A program made the translations under genes and the position numbers. A stretch of DNA of 64,000 bases. Origin: an uncultured Ruminococcus sp. (GTDB lineage Bacteria; Bacillota; Clostridia; Oscillospirales; Ruminococcaceae). Location: positions 5,900-69,899 of the forward strand of contig CAYOAV010000003.1 in assembly GCA_964402055.1 (NCBI GenBank). The letters run 5' to 3'. This document shows, in pieces, positions 20,186 through 28,945 of the stretch (positions are counted from its first letter, which is position 1; every line of letters begins with the position of its first letter). The notes under the pieces were generated by a model. The model was not told the DNA's origin and did no database searches. It saw only the letters and a list, made by a program, of their open reading frames with translations.

Positions 20186-21184
20186 ATGAGCTATGACAGA
20201 CAGACCTACGAAAAAGCAGAAGCAGTGATCAGTAGCAGACGACTTGCCGCACAGGACGAAAATAACCGCAGAATAAAGGAAATAGAAGAAAGAATACCCG
20301 AAATAAGAGAAATAAATTCACAGCTTGCACATACAATCGTAGATATTTCAAAGATGATATTAACCAAAAAAGCTGATACAACAAAATGCCTTGAAGATAT
20401 AAAGGAAAAAAATTTACAGGCTCAGAATCTTATAACCGAGTTGCTAACAGCAAATGGATACCCCGCAGATTATCTGAAAACCAAGTTTTATTGCGAAAAA
20501 TGCGAAGACAAGGGTTATGTCAGTGACGGAAGATGTACCTGCCTGCTTAATCTTCTAAAAAAATACAGCATTGACAGGCTTAACGGTCAGGCAAATCTCC
20601 CTGACTGTGATTTTAACCATTTTTCACTTGAATATTACAGGGGGAAAAAGGATGAGGACGGAAATGACTGCCTTGATAAAATGAGCAGAATATACGATTT
20701 CTGCCGTGAATATTCGGATAATTTTTCCATCAAGCGTCCAAGCCTGCTTATGTATGGAAAAACAGGTGTTGGCAAAACTCATCTGTCACTCTCTATTGCA
20801 AAGGAAGTTGCAGGAAAGGGATTTAATGCCGCATACGGCTCAATCGTTAATCTACTGACGATAATTGAGCGTGAGCATTTCGGAAAAATTCCCGAGGACG
20901 AAAATATGGACACAGTAAATCTGCTGATAAATGCAGACCTGCTTGTGCTTGATGACCTGGGAGCGGAATTTTCCTCGCAGTTCTATGAATCTGTTACATA
21001 TAACATCATAAACAGTCGAATAAATCTCGGTCTGCCAACGATCATCAGCACAAATCTTACTGCAGCTGAGCTTCAGAAAAAATATAATGAACGAATCATA
21101 TCAAGATTGTTCGGAGAATTCTCCGCATTATATCTAGTCGGCGAGGATATTCGTCAAATTAAACGTCTGAATGGAGAAAAATAA
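20186..21184 (+). CDS. DnaC/DnaI-like AAA+ helicase loader
   Basis: 332 aa. Cys cluster CEKCEDKGYV..DGRCTC, Walker A GKTGVGKTHL and Walker B LLVLDDLG. Confidence 0.8.
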   Translation: MSYDRQTYEKAEAVISSRRLAAQDENNRRIKEIEERIPEIREINSQLAHTIVDISKMILTKKADTTKCLEDIKEKNLQAQNLITELLTANGYPADYLKTKFYCEKCEDKGYVSDGRCTCLLNLLKKYSIDRLNGQANLPDCDFNHFSLEYYRGKKDEDGNDCLDKMSRIYDFCREYSDNFSIKRPSLLMYGKTGVGKTHLSLSIAKEVAGKGFNAAYGSIVNLLTIIEREHFGKIPEDENMDTVNLLINADLLVLDDLGAEFSSQFYESVTYNIINSRINLGLPTIISTNLTAAELQKKYNERIISRLFGEFSALYLVGEDIRQIKRLNGEK

Positions 21185-21213
21185 AAAAATTCATACAAAA
21201 ATGCAAAAAACTA

Positions 21214-21242
21214 TTGCAATTATCGTAAAAGTGTTGTATAAT
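21214..21242 (+). promoter_or_regulatory. Candidate sigma-A promoter for cheV (TTGCAA-17 nt-TATAAT)
   Basis: TTGCAA at 21214-21219, a 17-nt spacer and TATAAT at 21237-21242, about 30 nt before the cheV ATG, which has an AAGGAG SD. Confidence 0.55.
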
Positions 21243-21273
21243 AGTTACAACAACCTAAAAGGAGTGTTTTTCT

Positions 21274-22191
21274 ATGGACACAAATATTCTTCTTGAAAGC
21301 GGTACTAATGAACTTCAGCTTCTCGAATTTGAAGTTGGCGACAGCACCTTCGGCATCAATATTTCTAAGGTAGTTGAAATTATGATGGATCAGGAGGTCA
21401 CACCTGTTCCAAATTCACCCGAAGAGGTAGAGGGTGTGTTTATCCCAAGAGATAAGCTCATTTCTGTTATTGATTTACATAAAGTTGTAAAAAAGCCTTA
21501 CAAGAACACAGGCAAGGAAATTTTCATTATAAGTGAATTCAACCGTATGCAGGTTGCTTTCCACGTTAGCCGTGTAAAGGGCATTCAGCGTATTTCTTGG
21601 TCGGATATTTCCGATCCGCCGTCCATTACATCTGGCGGTTATGATGACAATGCTGCTGGTCTTGCAACGGGTGTTGTAAAGCTTAACGGAAATATTATCA
21701 TTATTCTTGACTTTGAAAAAATCGTTTCAAAGCTTAATAAGGATGCTGGTCTTGACACTACAGGCCTTGATCATATGGAGCATGCAAGTGGTGCTATCGC
21801 AAGGAAAAAGCTTGTAGTTGCTGATGACTCCAAGTTCCTTAATAAGATGATCACTGAGTCGCTTGAACATATCGGCTTCACCAACATTGAATCCTTTACC
21901 AATGGTCAGGACGCTTGGGATTATGTTCTCTCACACAGAGGTGCAGGTGACAGAATCACCGATGAGATTGCTTGCGTAATAAGTGATATTGAAATGCCTA
22001 AGATGGACGGTCACAGACTTACCAAGCTTATCAAGGACGATGCTGTTCTCAAAAAGATACCTGTTCTGCTCTTCTCCTCGCTTATCAACGATCAGATGAT
22101 TGCAAAGGGAAAATCAGTCGGAGCTGACGGTCAGTTCTCCAAACCACAGATAAAAGAGCTTATAGATTATCTAATTAAACTGCTTTCATAA
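21274..22191 (+). CDS. cheV: Chemotaxis protein CheV (CheW-like domain plus receiver domain)
   Basis: 305 aa. An N-terminal CheW-like domain is followed by a REC domain (VVADDS...ISDIEMPKMDG...FSKP). Confidence 0.85.
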   Translation: MDTNILLESGTNELQLLEFEVGDSTFGINISKVVEIMMDQEVTPVPNSPEEVEGVFIPRDKLISVIDLHKVVKKPYKNTGKEIFIISEFNRMQVAFHVSRVKGIQRISWSDISDPPSITSGGYDDNAAGLATGVVKLNGNIIIILDFEKIVSKLNKDAGLDTTGLDHMEHASGAIARKKLVVADDSKFLNKMITESLEHIGFTNIESFTNGQDAWDYVLSHRGAGDRITDEIACVISDIEMPKMDGHRLTKLIKDDAVLKKIPVLLFSSLINDQMIAKGKSVGADGQFSKPQIKELIDYLIKLLS

Positions 22192-22198
22192 AATTTCC

Positions 22199-22226
22199 TA
22201 TCCCCCGATTTTTCGGGGGATTTTTT
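22199..22226 (+). terminator. Intrinsic terminator of cheV
   Basis: CCCCCG-ATTTTT-CGGGGG (22202-22219) followed by ATTTTTT. Confidence 0.8.
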
Positions 22227-22228
22227 CT

Positions 22229-22269
22229 ATGTGCAATGTATTGACAATGCACATAATATGTAGTAAAAT
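22229..22269 (+). promoter_or_regulatory. relB/dinJ promoter (TTGACA-17 nt-TAAAAT) with an overlapping inverted repeat (putative autoregulatory operator)
   Basis: TTGACA at 22241-22246 and TAAAAT at 22264-22269. The inverted repeat ATGTGCA (22229-22235) / TGCACAT (22248-22254) brackets the -35 box. Confidence 0.5.
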
Positions 22270-22290
22270 GTAAATGAAGGAGTTGATAGC

Positions 22291-22566
22291 ATGGCAACAA
22301 CAAATATTACTATACGAATGGACGCTGAATTAAAAAAGCAGGCAGAAGTTCTCTTAAATGAGCTTGGTATGAATATGACAACTGCCTTTACAATATTCAC
22401 TAAGCAGTTGGTAAGAGATGGATGTTTTCCGTTTGTTCCCGATGCACATATGCCAAATGAAGAAACACTTGCCGCCTCGGAGGAAGTTATGGCAATGGAA
22501 AATGATCCAAGCATAGGTAAAGAATACACAAATGTTTCTGATATGTTCAGGGAGCTTCTTGAATGA
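22291..22566 (+). CDS. relB: Type II antitoxin, RelB/DinJ family
   Basis: 91 aa. The N-terminus ITIRMDAELKKQAEVLLNELGMNMTTAFTIFTKQLV is the DinJ/RelB ribbon-helix-helix pattern. Its stop overlaps the following ATG (ATGA). Confidence 0.85.
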   Translation: MATTNITIRMDAELKKQAEVLLNELGMNMTTAFTIFTKQLVRDGCFPFVPDAHMPNEETLAASEEVMAMENDPSIGKEYTNVSDMFRELLE

Positions 22567-23001
22567 AATATATTGTTAAACCTACATCTAGATTTGCAAA
22601 AGATATTAGACTAATGAAAAAAGAGGCTATTGCTCTACCAATTAAATCTTGAAGATTTATGCGAAGAACCACAGCAGAAAGCCTAGGAAGAAAACCGCAG
22701 GAATATGCAAATATTTCAAGGTTTTCTGACGACGGATTTCGGCTGTGGGGCAAGCAGAAAATTCAGGAGTTAATTGGGGGAGCAATACGATATCTCCCTT
22801 GCCGAAAAAGTAATTACAGCTCTTGCAAATGGTGAAAAACTCCCTGATAAATACTGCGATCATAATTTAACAGGCAATTTTTCAGGTTGCCGTGAATGTC
22901 ATATTACTCCTGATTGGCTATTGATTTACAAAATTTCAAATGACACAATTTATCTTTATCTTATAAGAACTGGCTCTCACAGCGATTTATTCGGGAAATA
23001 G
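22563..23001 (+). pseudogene. yafQ: YafQ-family mRNA-interferase toxin gene, interrupted by a 160-bp insertion
   Basis: The N-terminal fragment MKYIVKPTSRFAKDIRLMKK runs into a stop at 22650-22652. The C-terminal fragment (frame +1, from about 22786) reads YDISLAEKVITALANGEKLPDKYCDHNLTGNFSGCRECHITPDWLLIYKISNDTIYLYLIRTGSHSDLFGK, the YafQ/RelE-fold core. Confidence 0.78.
22628..22787. repeat. 160-bp imperfect palindrome (long hairpin; MITE/PATE-like insertion) inside yafQ
   Basis: There are nested complementary arms around a centre at about 22708. They are TATTGCTCTACCAATTAA/TTAATTGGGGGAGCAATA (16 of 18), CCACAGCAGAAAGCC/GGATTTCGGCTGTGG (13 of 15), AGAAAACC/GGTTTTCT and GAATAT/ATATTT. The element has no ORF of its own. 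Confidence 0.65.
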
Positions 23002-23017
23002 TTTCCCCCGATTTTTT

Positions 23018-23071
23018 AACCAGCCACCAAAAGTTAGACCAAAAATCTAACGATTGGGAGGTCGGTTTTTT
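23018..23071 (+). terminator. Probable intrinsic terminator after the yafQ remnant
   Basis: An imperfect hairpin AACCAGCCACCAAAAGTTAGA...TCTAACGATTGGGAGGTCGGTT (15 of 21 complementary, core GTTAGA/TCTAAC) is followed by TTTTTT. Confidence 0.4.
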
Positions 23072-23098
23072 ATGGCAAAATTTATAAAACACACCTCA

Positions 23099-23132
23099 AT
23101 CGACAGTTTTTTATACGAATTGCAATTATAAT
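23099..23132 (+). promoter_or_regulatory. Candidate spoIIG promoter: Spo0A-box-like ATCGACA, a 21-nt spacer, then TATAAT
   Basis: ATCGACA at 23099-23105 resembles both the 0A box (TTCGACA orientation) and a -35. TATAAT at 23127-23132 lies about 50 nt upstream of spoIIGA. Confidence 0.35.
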
Positions 23133-23181
23133 ATAGAAAAAGCTAATCAACATTTTTTCACAGAAAGGTATTATAGCAATT

Positions 23182-24018
23182 ATGTATATTTATGCGGATA
23201 TTCTTATTATTACAAATATATACTCTAATTATTTTCTGCTAAAAGCCGCCTCAAAGCTTACTCATAACTCAATTAGGAAAAGTAGATGTATTTTTTCTTC
23301 AATAATAGGGAGTCTTTTTTCTCTCGTGATACTTCTGCCTGAGCTTAATACTTTTTCACTTCTCCTTGTAAGAATCGTTTCTGCAGCACTTATGGTAATG
23401 CTTTCATTCAATGGAAAAAGTTTCTCCGAGCTTTACAGGATAGGCTTGATCTTCTTTTTTATAAGCTTTCTTTTTGCAGGAACTGAATACGCTTTTTCAC
23501 TGCTTGATAAAAAAGACAGAATGTTTTTCCATAATTCAGTGCTATACATAAATATATCACTTCTGACGCTTGTTATTTCAACTGTTTCTGCTTATGCGGC
23601 ACTTTCGCTTTTCCGACGATACCTTGACAAAAGCAATGGCTTTGACGGAGATTACAGCGTTATCATAATCAAGGGTGATAAACAGCTATGCCTTAAGGCT
23701 GTATGCGACAGCTGTAATAATCTGACGGATTCTTTTACAGGCAAGCCTGTTATAATCTGTGGAAAAAAGAGTATTGAACCAATTTTCGGCAAAGATGAGC
23801 TTATAAACGCAATAACCGAAGCAGGCAGAGCAAATCCAGGCTGGAGATTCATACCGTTTTCAACCATAAATTCAAATGGACTTATACCATCATTCCGCCC
23901 GACAGGGATATACATAAAAAACAACGAAAGCGGAAAAATAAAATATATTGAGGCTTATATCGGAATAGTTGAACGTGAGTTTGACCATGCGATTTTTAAC
24001 CCCAAGCTTCTAGGATAA
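23182..24018 (+). CDS. spoIIGA: Sigma-E processing peptidase SpoIIGA
   Basis: 278 aa with five N-terminal TM segments and a C-terminal protease region ([19 protein letters not shown]). It lies immediately upstream of sigE. Confidence 0.85.
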   Translation: MYIYADILIITNIYSNYFLLKAASKLTHNSIRKSRCIFSSIIGSLFSLVILLPELNTFSLLLVRIVSAALMVMLSFNGKSFSELYRIGLIFFFISFLFAGTEYAFSLLDKKDRMFFHNSVLYINISLLTLVISTVSAYAALSLFRRYLDKSNGFDGDYSVIIIKGDKQLCLKAVCDSCNNLTDSFTGKPVIICGKKSIEPIFGKDELINAITEAGRANPGWRFIPFSTINSNGLIPSFRPTGIYIKNNESGKIKYIEAYIGIVEREFDHAIFNPKLLG

Positions 24019-24028
24019 GGAAAGGATA

Positions 24029-24745
24029 TTGATAAAAATGATTTTTACAGCTCTGATTGAAAAAATACGCATTATATTTTTTAAACGTCCAAAAGATGTA
24101 TTTTACATAAATGGTCCTGATACTTTGCCTGCTCCCCTCACCCGTGAACAGGAGGAAAAGGCTTTTGAAATGCTTGAAACAGACGCAAGTTCCGCACGGC
24201 AATTATTAATAACGCATAATCTACGGCTTGTGGTATACATTGCCAAAAAATTTGAATCCACAGGCATTGAAATTGAAGATCTTGTTTCAATCGGAACGAT
24301 TGGACTTATAAAAGCGGTAAATACCTTTTGTCCCAGCAAGAATATCAAGCTTGCAACCTATGCATCACGCTGTATTGAAAATGAGATCCTTATGTTTCTT
24401 CGTAAATCATCACAATATAAAAACGAGCTTTCCTTTGATGAGCCGCTGAACATTGATTGGGACGGAAATGAGCTTCTTCTTTCGGATATCCTTGGTACAG
24501 ATGAAAATATCGTCAACAGCGGAATTGAATGTGAAGCCGAACGCAATGTTTTACTTGAAGCAATTGAACGTTTGCCTGAACGTGAAAAAGAAATAATGAA
24601 AATGCGTTTCGGCATTAATACAGGGCGTGAAATGACACAAAAGGAAGTCGCAGATATGATTGGAATATCACAATCCTACATATCAAGACTGGAAAAACGC
24701 ATTATAAAAAAGCTGAAAAAGGAGCTTGAAGCACTCATCAATTAA
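24029..24745 (+). CDS. sigE: Sporulation sigma factor SigE (pro-sigma-E)
   Basis: 238 aa. It has a pro-sequence, [17 protein letters not shown], region 2 [12 protein letters not shown], and region 4 [23 protein letters not shown]. Confidence 0.92.
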   Translation: MIKMIFTALIEKIRIIFFKRPKDVFYINGPDTLPAPLTREQEEKAFEMLETDASSARQLLITHNLRLVVYIAKKFESTGIEIEDLVSIGTIGLIKAVNTFCPSKNIKLATYASRCIENEILMFLRKSSQYKNELSFDEPLNIDWDGNELLLSDILGTDENIVNSGIECEAERNVLLEAIERLPEREKEIMKMRFGINTGREMTQKEVADMIGISQSYISRLEKRIIKKLKKELEALIN

Positions 24746-25512
24746 AGCTTGCCCTTTATTCTGTCGAGCGAATATTTTTCAAGACGTGAAACCTGTGCTT
24801 GTGAAATTCCTATCTCATCAGCAACCTCAACCTGTGTTTTACCAAGAGCAAATCGGAGATACAAAATCTTTTTTTCACGTTTATCAAGTGAGGTTATCGC
24901 TTCTTTAAGAGATATTTCATCTATCCAGCTTGAATCATCGCTTTTATCACCTATCTGGTCGAGGACATAAAGCGTATCTCCCGAATCGGAAAAAACAGGC
25001 TCATAAAGTGAAATAGGTTCTGAAATACTTTCAAGTGCAGTGACTACATCACGTTCCTTTACGTCAATTATCTGGGCAAGCTCTGCAATAGTAGGTTCAT
25101 TTTTATGCTCGGCTATATAATGCTCCTTCGCCTGCATAGCCTTATATGCAATATCACGCAATGAACGGCTTATGCGTATGGGTCCTGTATCACGGATATA
25201 GCGTCTTACTTCACCCTGGATCATGGGAACAGCATATGTGCTAAATCTTACATCGAGTTCCGTGTTAAAATTATCTATCGCTTTCATAAGCCCGATACAA
25301 CCGACTTGAAAAAGATCGTCAGGATTTTCATTTCTGCCCGAAAACTTCTGAATAACGCTCAATACAAGCCTTAAATTACCGTTTATAAGCTGTTTTCTTG
25401 CGTTTTTATCGCCTGCTTTATATTTTTTCAGAAGCTCCATTTTTTCAGCTTCCTTTAAGACCTTAAGCTTTGAAGTATCAACTCCGCATATTTCAACCTT
25501 ATTGTAATACAT
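24742..25512 (-). CDS. sigG: Sporulation sigma factor SigG
   Basis: The N-terminus [16 protein letters not shown] is SigG-specific. [32 protein letters not shown] and [12 protein letters not shown] are present. The ATG at 25512 has a GGGAG SD. Confidence 0.9.
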   Translation of the reverse strand: MYYNKVEICGVDTSKLKVLKEAEKMELLKKYKAGDKNARKQLINGNLRLVLSVIQKFSGRNENPDDLFQVGCIGLMKAIDNFNTELDVRFSTYAVPMIQGEVRRYIRDTGPIRISRSLRDIAYKAMQAKEHYIAEHKNEPTIAELAQIIDVKERDVVTALESISEPISLYEPVFSDSGDTLYVLDQIGDKSDDSSWIDEISLKEAITSLDKREKKILYLRFALGKTQVEVADEIGISQAQVSRLEKYSLDRIKGKL

Positions 25513-25593
25513 AAAAAATACTCCCGACAATAATTACTTATGTGATAATTATTGCCGTGAGTAATTTTTCTTATTCAAGTAATTTTTTCCATA

Positions 25594-26052
25594 TCATAGT
25601 TCAAGACGCATTTCAGTATTTCCTCGTTCGATAAATCCATTTTTCAAATAGAGCGGTTTACCCATTTTAGTTGCAGAAAGGTCAATACAGGTAACTCCCT
25701 GCTCCCTTGCGTCCGAAATAATTCTGCGGAGGATAGCAGTTGCCAATCCCTTTCTACGGAATTCCTCCATTGTATAAACATTCATCAAGAGAGCCGTTTT
25801 TCCGTTGAGAAAATGAGTATTTGCAGGACGTTCAACAGTAATATAGAAGATAACAGCCGCAGGTATACCGTTTTCCTCGGCGATATATGCGGTAAAGTCC
25901 TTACCGATATGACGTTTAAAATAATCAGGAAGCTGGCTGTTAAGCTTATCGGTCTGCTCCTTTGAAAGTGGCCCCATATCGTCATTAATATATGCAAAAC
26001 GGAAGCGTACCAGTAGCTCAATATCCGCTGTTGTAGCAGTTCTTATCTCCAT
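25594..26052 (-). CDS. GNAT family N-acetyltransferase
   Basis: About 152 aa from the ATG at 26052 (MEIRTATTADIELL). The acetyl-CoA motif is RRKGLATAILRRII. The start overlaps the potD stop by 1 nt (TAATG). Confidence 0.8.
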   Translation of the reverse strand: MEIRTATTADIELLVRFRFAYINDDMGPLSKEQTDKLNSQLPDYFKRHIGKDFTAYIAEENGIPAAVIFYITVERPANTHFLNGKTALLMNVYTMEEFRRKGLATAILRRIISDAREQGVTCIDLSATKMGKPLYLKNGFIERGNTEMRLEL

Positions 26053-27320
26053 TAAAAAACGTCCTTCTTTCTGACAATATGCCGTCTGATTATTATTCCT
26101 ATTGACAAAGCAACACAACCGAGCAGGAAAATCGGAACGAGCCATTTATTCTCTGATTCGTCCTGAGCAGATTTAAGGTCTGTCCAGAGATCCTGAAGCT
26201 TCTGATTTGCTTCGTCCGAAAGATTGCAATATATAGTTGAATAATTATCAAGATACTCACTATCAGGATAGGAAATTTTATCCGTTTCAGCCTTTTCTCC
26301 GAGCATTTCAAGTGCCGCACTATGCGGAGTAGAATATCCGATATAGGTCGTTGTGGAATATGCAATATCGGGTTCGCACATAAAATTGATGTACATTTCT
26401 GCAGCTTCTTTCTGCTTTGCTCCGCTCGGAATGCACATTGCGTCAACAAAAAGATTTGTTCCGCTTTTCGGGATAACAAAATCAAGATCCTCAAATTCAC
26501 TCATAAGCGTAAGAGCGTCACCAGCGTAATACGGTGCAATAAGAGCCTCGCCAGCACCGATTTTGTCAAATATTTCGTCCATAACATATGCCTGAATTAC
26601 CTTTTTCTGCTCCTTTAGAAGCTCCGCACAGCTTTCAAGCTCCTCTTCACTTTCTGTATTAAGAGAATATCCAAGTCTTAATTCAGCTATTGCAAAAGCG
26701 TCACGGGGGTTATCAAACATAAGTATTCTATCGGTATAGTCTTCATTCCAAAGCAGATCCCAGTCAATATCCTCTTTCGGAATATCTATCATAGTCTTAT
26801 CATAGATAATTCCGATAGTTCCCCATGTATACGGCACGGTATACTCATTTTCAGGGTCATATTCGGGGTCAACAAAGGTATCCGTGATATATTTAAAATT
26901 CGGGATATTGTCAAAATCGAGCTTTTGGAGCATATTTTCATGTATCATTCTTGATATCATATAATCCGAGGGAATTATTATATCGTAGCTTGCTCCGCCG
27001 CCTTTCAGCTTTGCATAAAGCTCCTCATTCGTAGCATAGTTTGTATAATTCACCTTAATACCAGTCAACTTTGTAAATTCAGCATTGACATTAAGCGTAA
27101 TATCGTCCGAACCATCTGAAATATATTCGCCCCAGTTATATACATTTATTGATATACCCTTATCACGGAAGCGTGAATAATACTCCTCATCGGAAATATT
27201 CAAGGTAAGAGCGGCAGTTTCCTCCTCCGATTCCTCTGATATTTCAGAATTCTGCTCCGAACAGGCTGAAAAGGAAAGACAGATAGCCAAGGCTATGGCA
27301 AAAGGAAAAAGCTTTTTCAT
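26052..27320 (-). CDS. potD: Spermidine/putrescine ABC transporter substrate-binding lipoprotein with an extra C-terminal TM helix
   Basis: 422 aa. It has a signal peptide with a lipobox-like LSFSAC, a PotD/PotF-type body, and the C-terminal hydrophobic segment WLVPIFLLGCVALSIGIII followed by RRHIVRKK. Confidence 0.82.
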   Translation of the reverse strand: MKKLFPFAIALAICLSFSACSEQNSEISEESEEETAALTLNISDEEYYSRFRDKGISINVYNWGEYISDGSDDITLNVNAEFTKLTGIKVNYTNYATNEELYAKLKGGGASYDIIIPSDYMISRMIHENMLQKLDFDNIPNFKYITDTFVDPEYDPENEYTVPYTWGTIGIIYDKTMIDIPKEDIDWDLLWNEDYTDRILMFDNPRDAFAIAELRLGYSLNTESEEELESCAELLKEQKKVIQAYVMDEIFDKIGAGEALIAPYYAGDALTLMSEFEDLDFVIPKSGTNLFVDAMCIPSGAKQKEAAEMYINFMCEPDIAYSTTTYIGYSTPHSAALEMLGEKAETDKISYPDSEYLDNYSTIYCNLSDEANQKLQDLWTDLKSAQDESENKWLVPIFLLGCVALSIGIIIRRHIVRKKDVF

Positions 27321-27321
27321 T

Positions 27322-28119
27322 TTATCTTTCCTCCTTGATTTTTTTGCTTGATTTTATCTCAATAACATTCTTTATGACAAGGATTATAACTACAACAATG
27401 AAAATCAAGGTTGAAAGAGCGTTTATTTCAGGGCTTACCTTACGTCTTGTCATTGAATATATCGTTACAGGCAGGGTTTGCATACTTGAACCGCAGGTAA
27501 AATAGCTGATAATAAAATCATCAAGCGAATATGTGAATGAAATCAGAAATCCCGAAACAACACCTGGCATAATTTCAGGCAAAACCACCTTAAAAAAGGC
27601 GTGCAGCGGATTACAGCCAAGATCCTGAGCCGCTTCATAAAGAAACGGGTCAAGCTGCCTGAGCTTCGGCATAACATTCAATATCACATACGGAACGTCA
27701 AATGTAATATGTGCAATAAGAAGCGTTACAAAACCGAACTCGAAATTCATTCTTGCGGCAAAAAACACAAACAGGAGCATAAGAGAAACACCTGTTACAA
27801 TTTCAGGATTTATTATCGGGAAATTGGTAATATTCATTACAATTGATTTCGGCAGCTTTTTCATATTATTGATTCCGACAGCCGCCGCAGTTCCGAGAAT
27901 AGTTGAAGCTATCGATGCCAGCACCGCAATTATTATAGTATTGATAAGCGAGGACATTATTATCTCGTTTTTGAACAGCTTTATATACCAATCAAGCGTA
28001 AATCCCGACATAACAGAGCGGCTTTTTGTTGTATTGAATGAAAATACTATCAGCACAAAAATCGGAACATACAAAAACATCAGGACAAGTCCGAGATACA
28101 CCTTAGAAAACTTTTTCAT
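27322..28119 (-). CDS. potC: Spermidine/putrescine ABC transporter permease PotC
   Basis: 265 aa with 6 TM segments and the EAA loop YEAAQDLGCNPLHAFFKVVLP. Confidence 0.85.
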   Translation of the reverse strand: MKKFSKVYLGLVLMFLYVPIFVLIVFSFNTTKSRSVMSGFTLDWYIKLFKNEIIMSSLINTIIIAVLASIASTILGTAAAVGINNMKKLPKSIVMNITNFPIINPEIVTGVSLMLLFVFFAARMNFEFGFVTLLIAHITFDVPYVILNVMPKLRQLDPFLYEAAQDLGCNPLHAFFKVVLPEIMPGVVSGFLISFTYSLDDFIISYFTCGSSMQTLPVTIYSMTRRKVSPEINALSTLIFIVVVIILVIKNVIEIKSSKKIKEER

Positions 28120-28132
28120 AGACCTTTCCCCC

Positions 28133-28945
28133 TTAAACTACCATAACACCGTCCTCATCAGCTCCGAACTGGTTGAGGATAGTCATTATCAGCAGGACTA
28201 TAACCATAAGCACCAGCGATATTGCCGCACCGAGGTTTATATTATAGGAATTACCTAAAAACTGCATTTCGATAAGGTCGCCTATCAGCAAATTTCCGCC
28301 GCCGCCCAACATTCTTGAAATAATAAACGTACTTATTGCAGGCACAAAAACCATTGTTATCCCTGAAAATACACCTGGCAGGCTTAAAGGAAATACAACC
28401 TTGAGCATAGTCTTGGACGGGTTACAGCCGAGATCAGCGGCAGCTTCGAGGACGCTTTTATCAATTTTCACCATAACCGAATATATCGGAAGTATCATAA
28501 ACGGCAGATAATTATACACCATTCCAAGCACGACCGCACCTTGCGTATTAAGCATTTTATAAGGTCCAAGTCCGATAAGTCCAAGCAACGAATTGATAAG
28601 CCCATTATTACCGAGCAAGGTCATCCAGGCATAGGTTCTTAACAGAAAATTCATCCACATTGGCAGCATAACTATCATCAGCATTGTACCCTGTATGCTT
28701 GTTTTCATTCCGATAAGGATATATGCAAGCGGATATGCAATCAGCAGGCATATTACCGTAGCGATAAGTGCAAGCCAAATCGAACGCACGAAAATAGGCG
28801 TATATTGAGCAACATTTGAAACATAATCAAGTGTAAAGTTACCGTCCTTGTCAGTAAATGCAAAATATCCTACCATAATAAGCGGCACAAGGATAAAAAC
28901 TACCATCCAGACAAGATACGGAGCGGAGGCTATTTTATTCTTCAT
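28133..28945 (-). CDS. potB: Spermidine/putrescine ABC transporter permease PotB
   Basis: 270 aa with the EAA loop [21 protein letters not shown]. Confidence 0.85.
   Translation of the reverse strand: MKNKIASAPYLVWMVVFILVPLIMVGYFAFTDKDGNFTLDYVSNVAQYTPIFVRSIWLALIATVICLLIAYPLAYILIGMKTSIQGTMLMIVMLPMWMNFLLRTYAWMTLLGNNGLINSLLGLIGLGPYKMLNTQGAVVLGMVYNYLPFMILPIYSVMVKIDKSVLEAAADLGCNPSKTMLKVVFPLSLPGVFSGITMVFVPAISTFIISRMLGGGGNLLIGDLIEMQFLGNSYNINLGAAISLVLMVIVLLIMTILNQFGADEDGVMVV

Noticed and set aside
19174-21184. DnaD-like plus DnaC-like pair considered as a phage or plasmid replication-module remnant.
   Set aside because: No other phage, plasmid or integrase genes flank it. This pairing is the normal chromosomal helicase-loading module in many Clostridia, and the neighbours are housekeeping genes.
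22547-22863. Two 68-aa minus-strand ORFs across the yafQ insertion.
   Set aside because: They are by-products of the palindromic insert and the antisense of yafQ. No SD or family resemblance is present.
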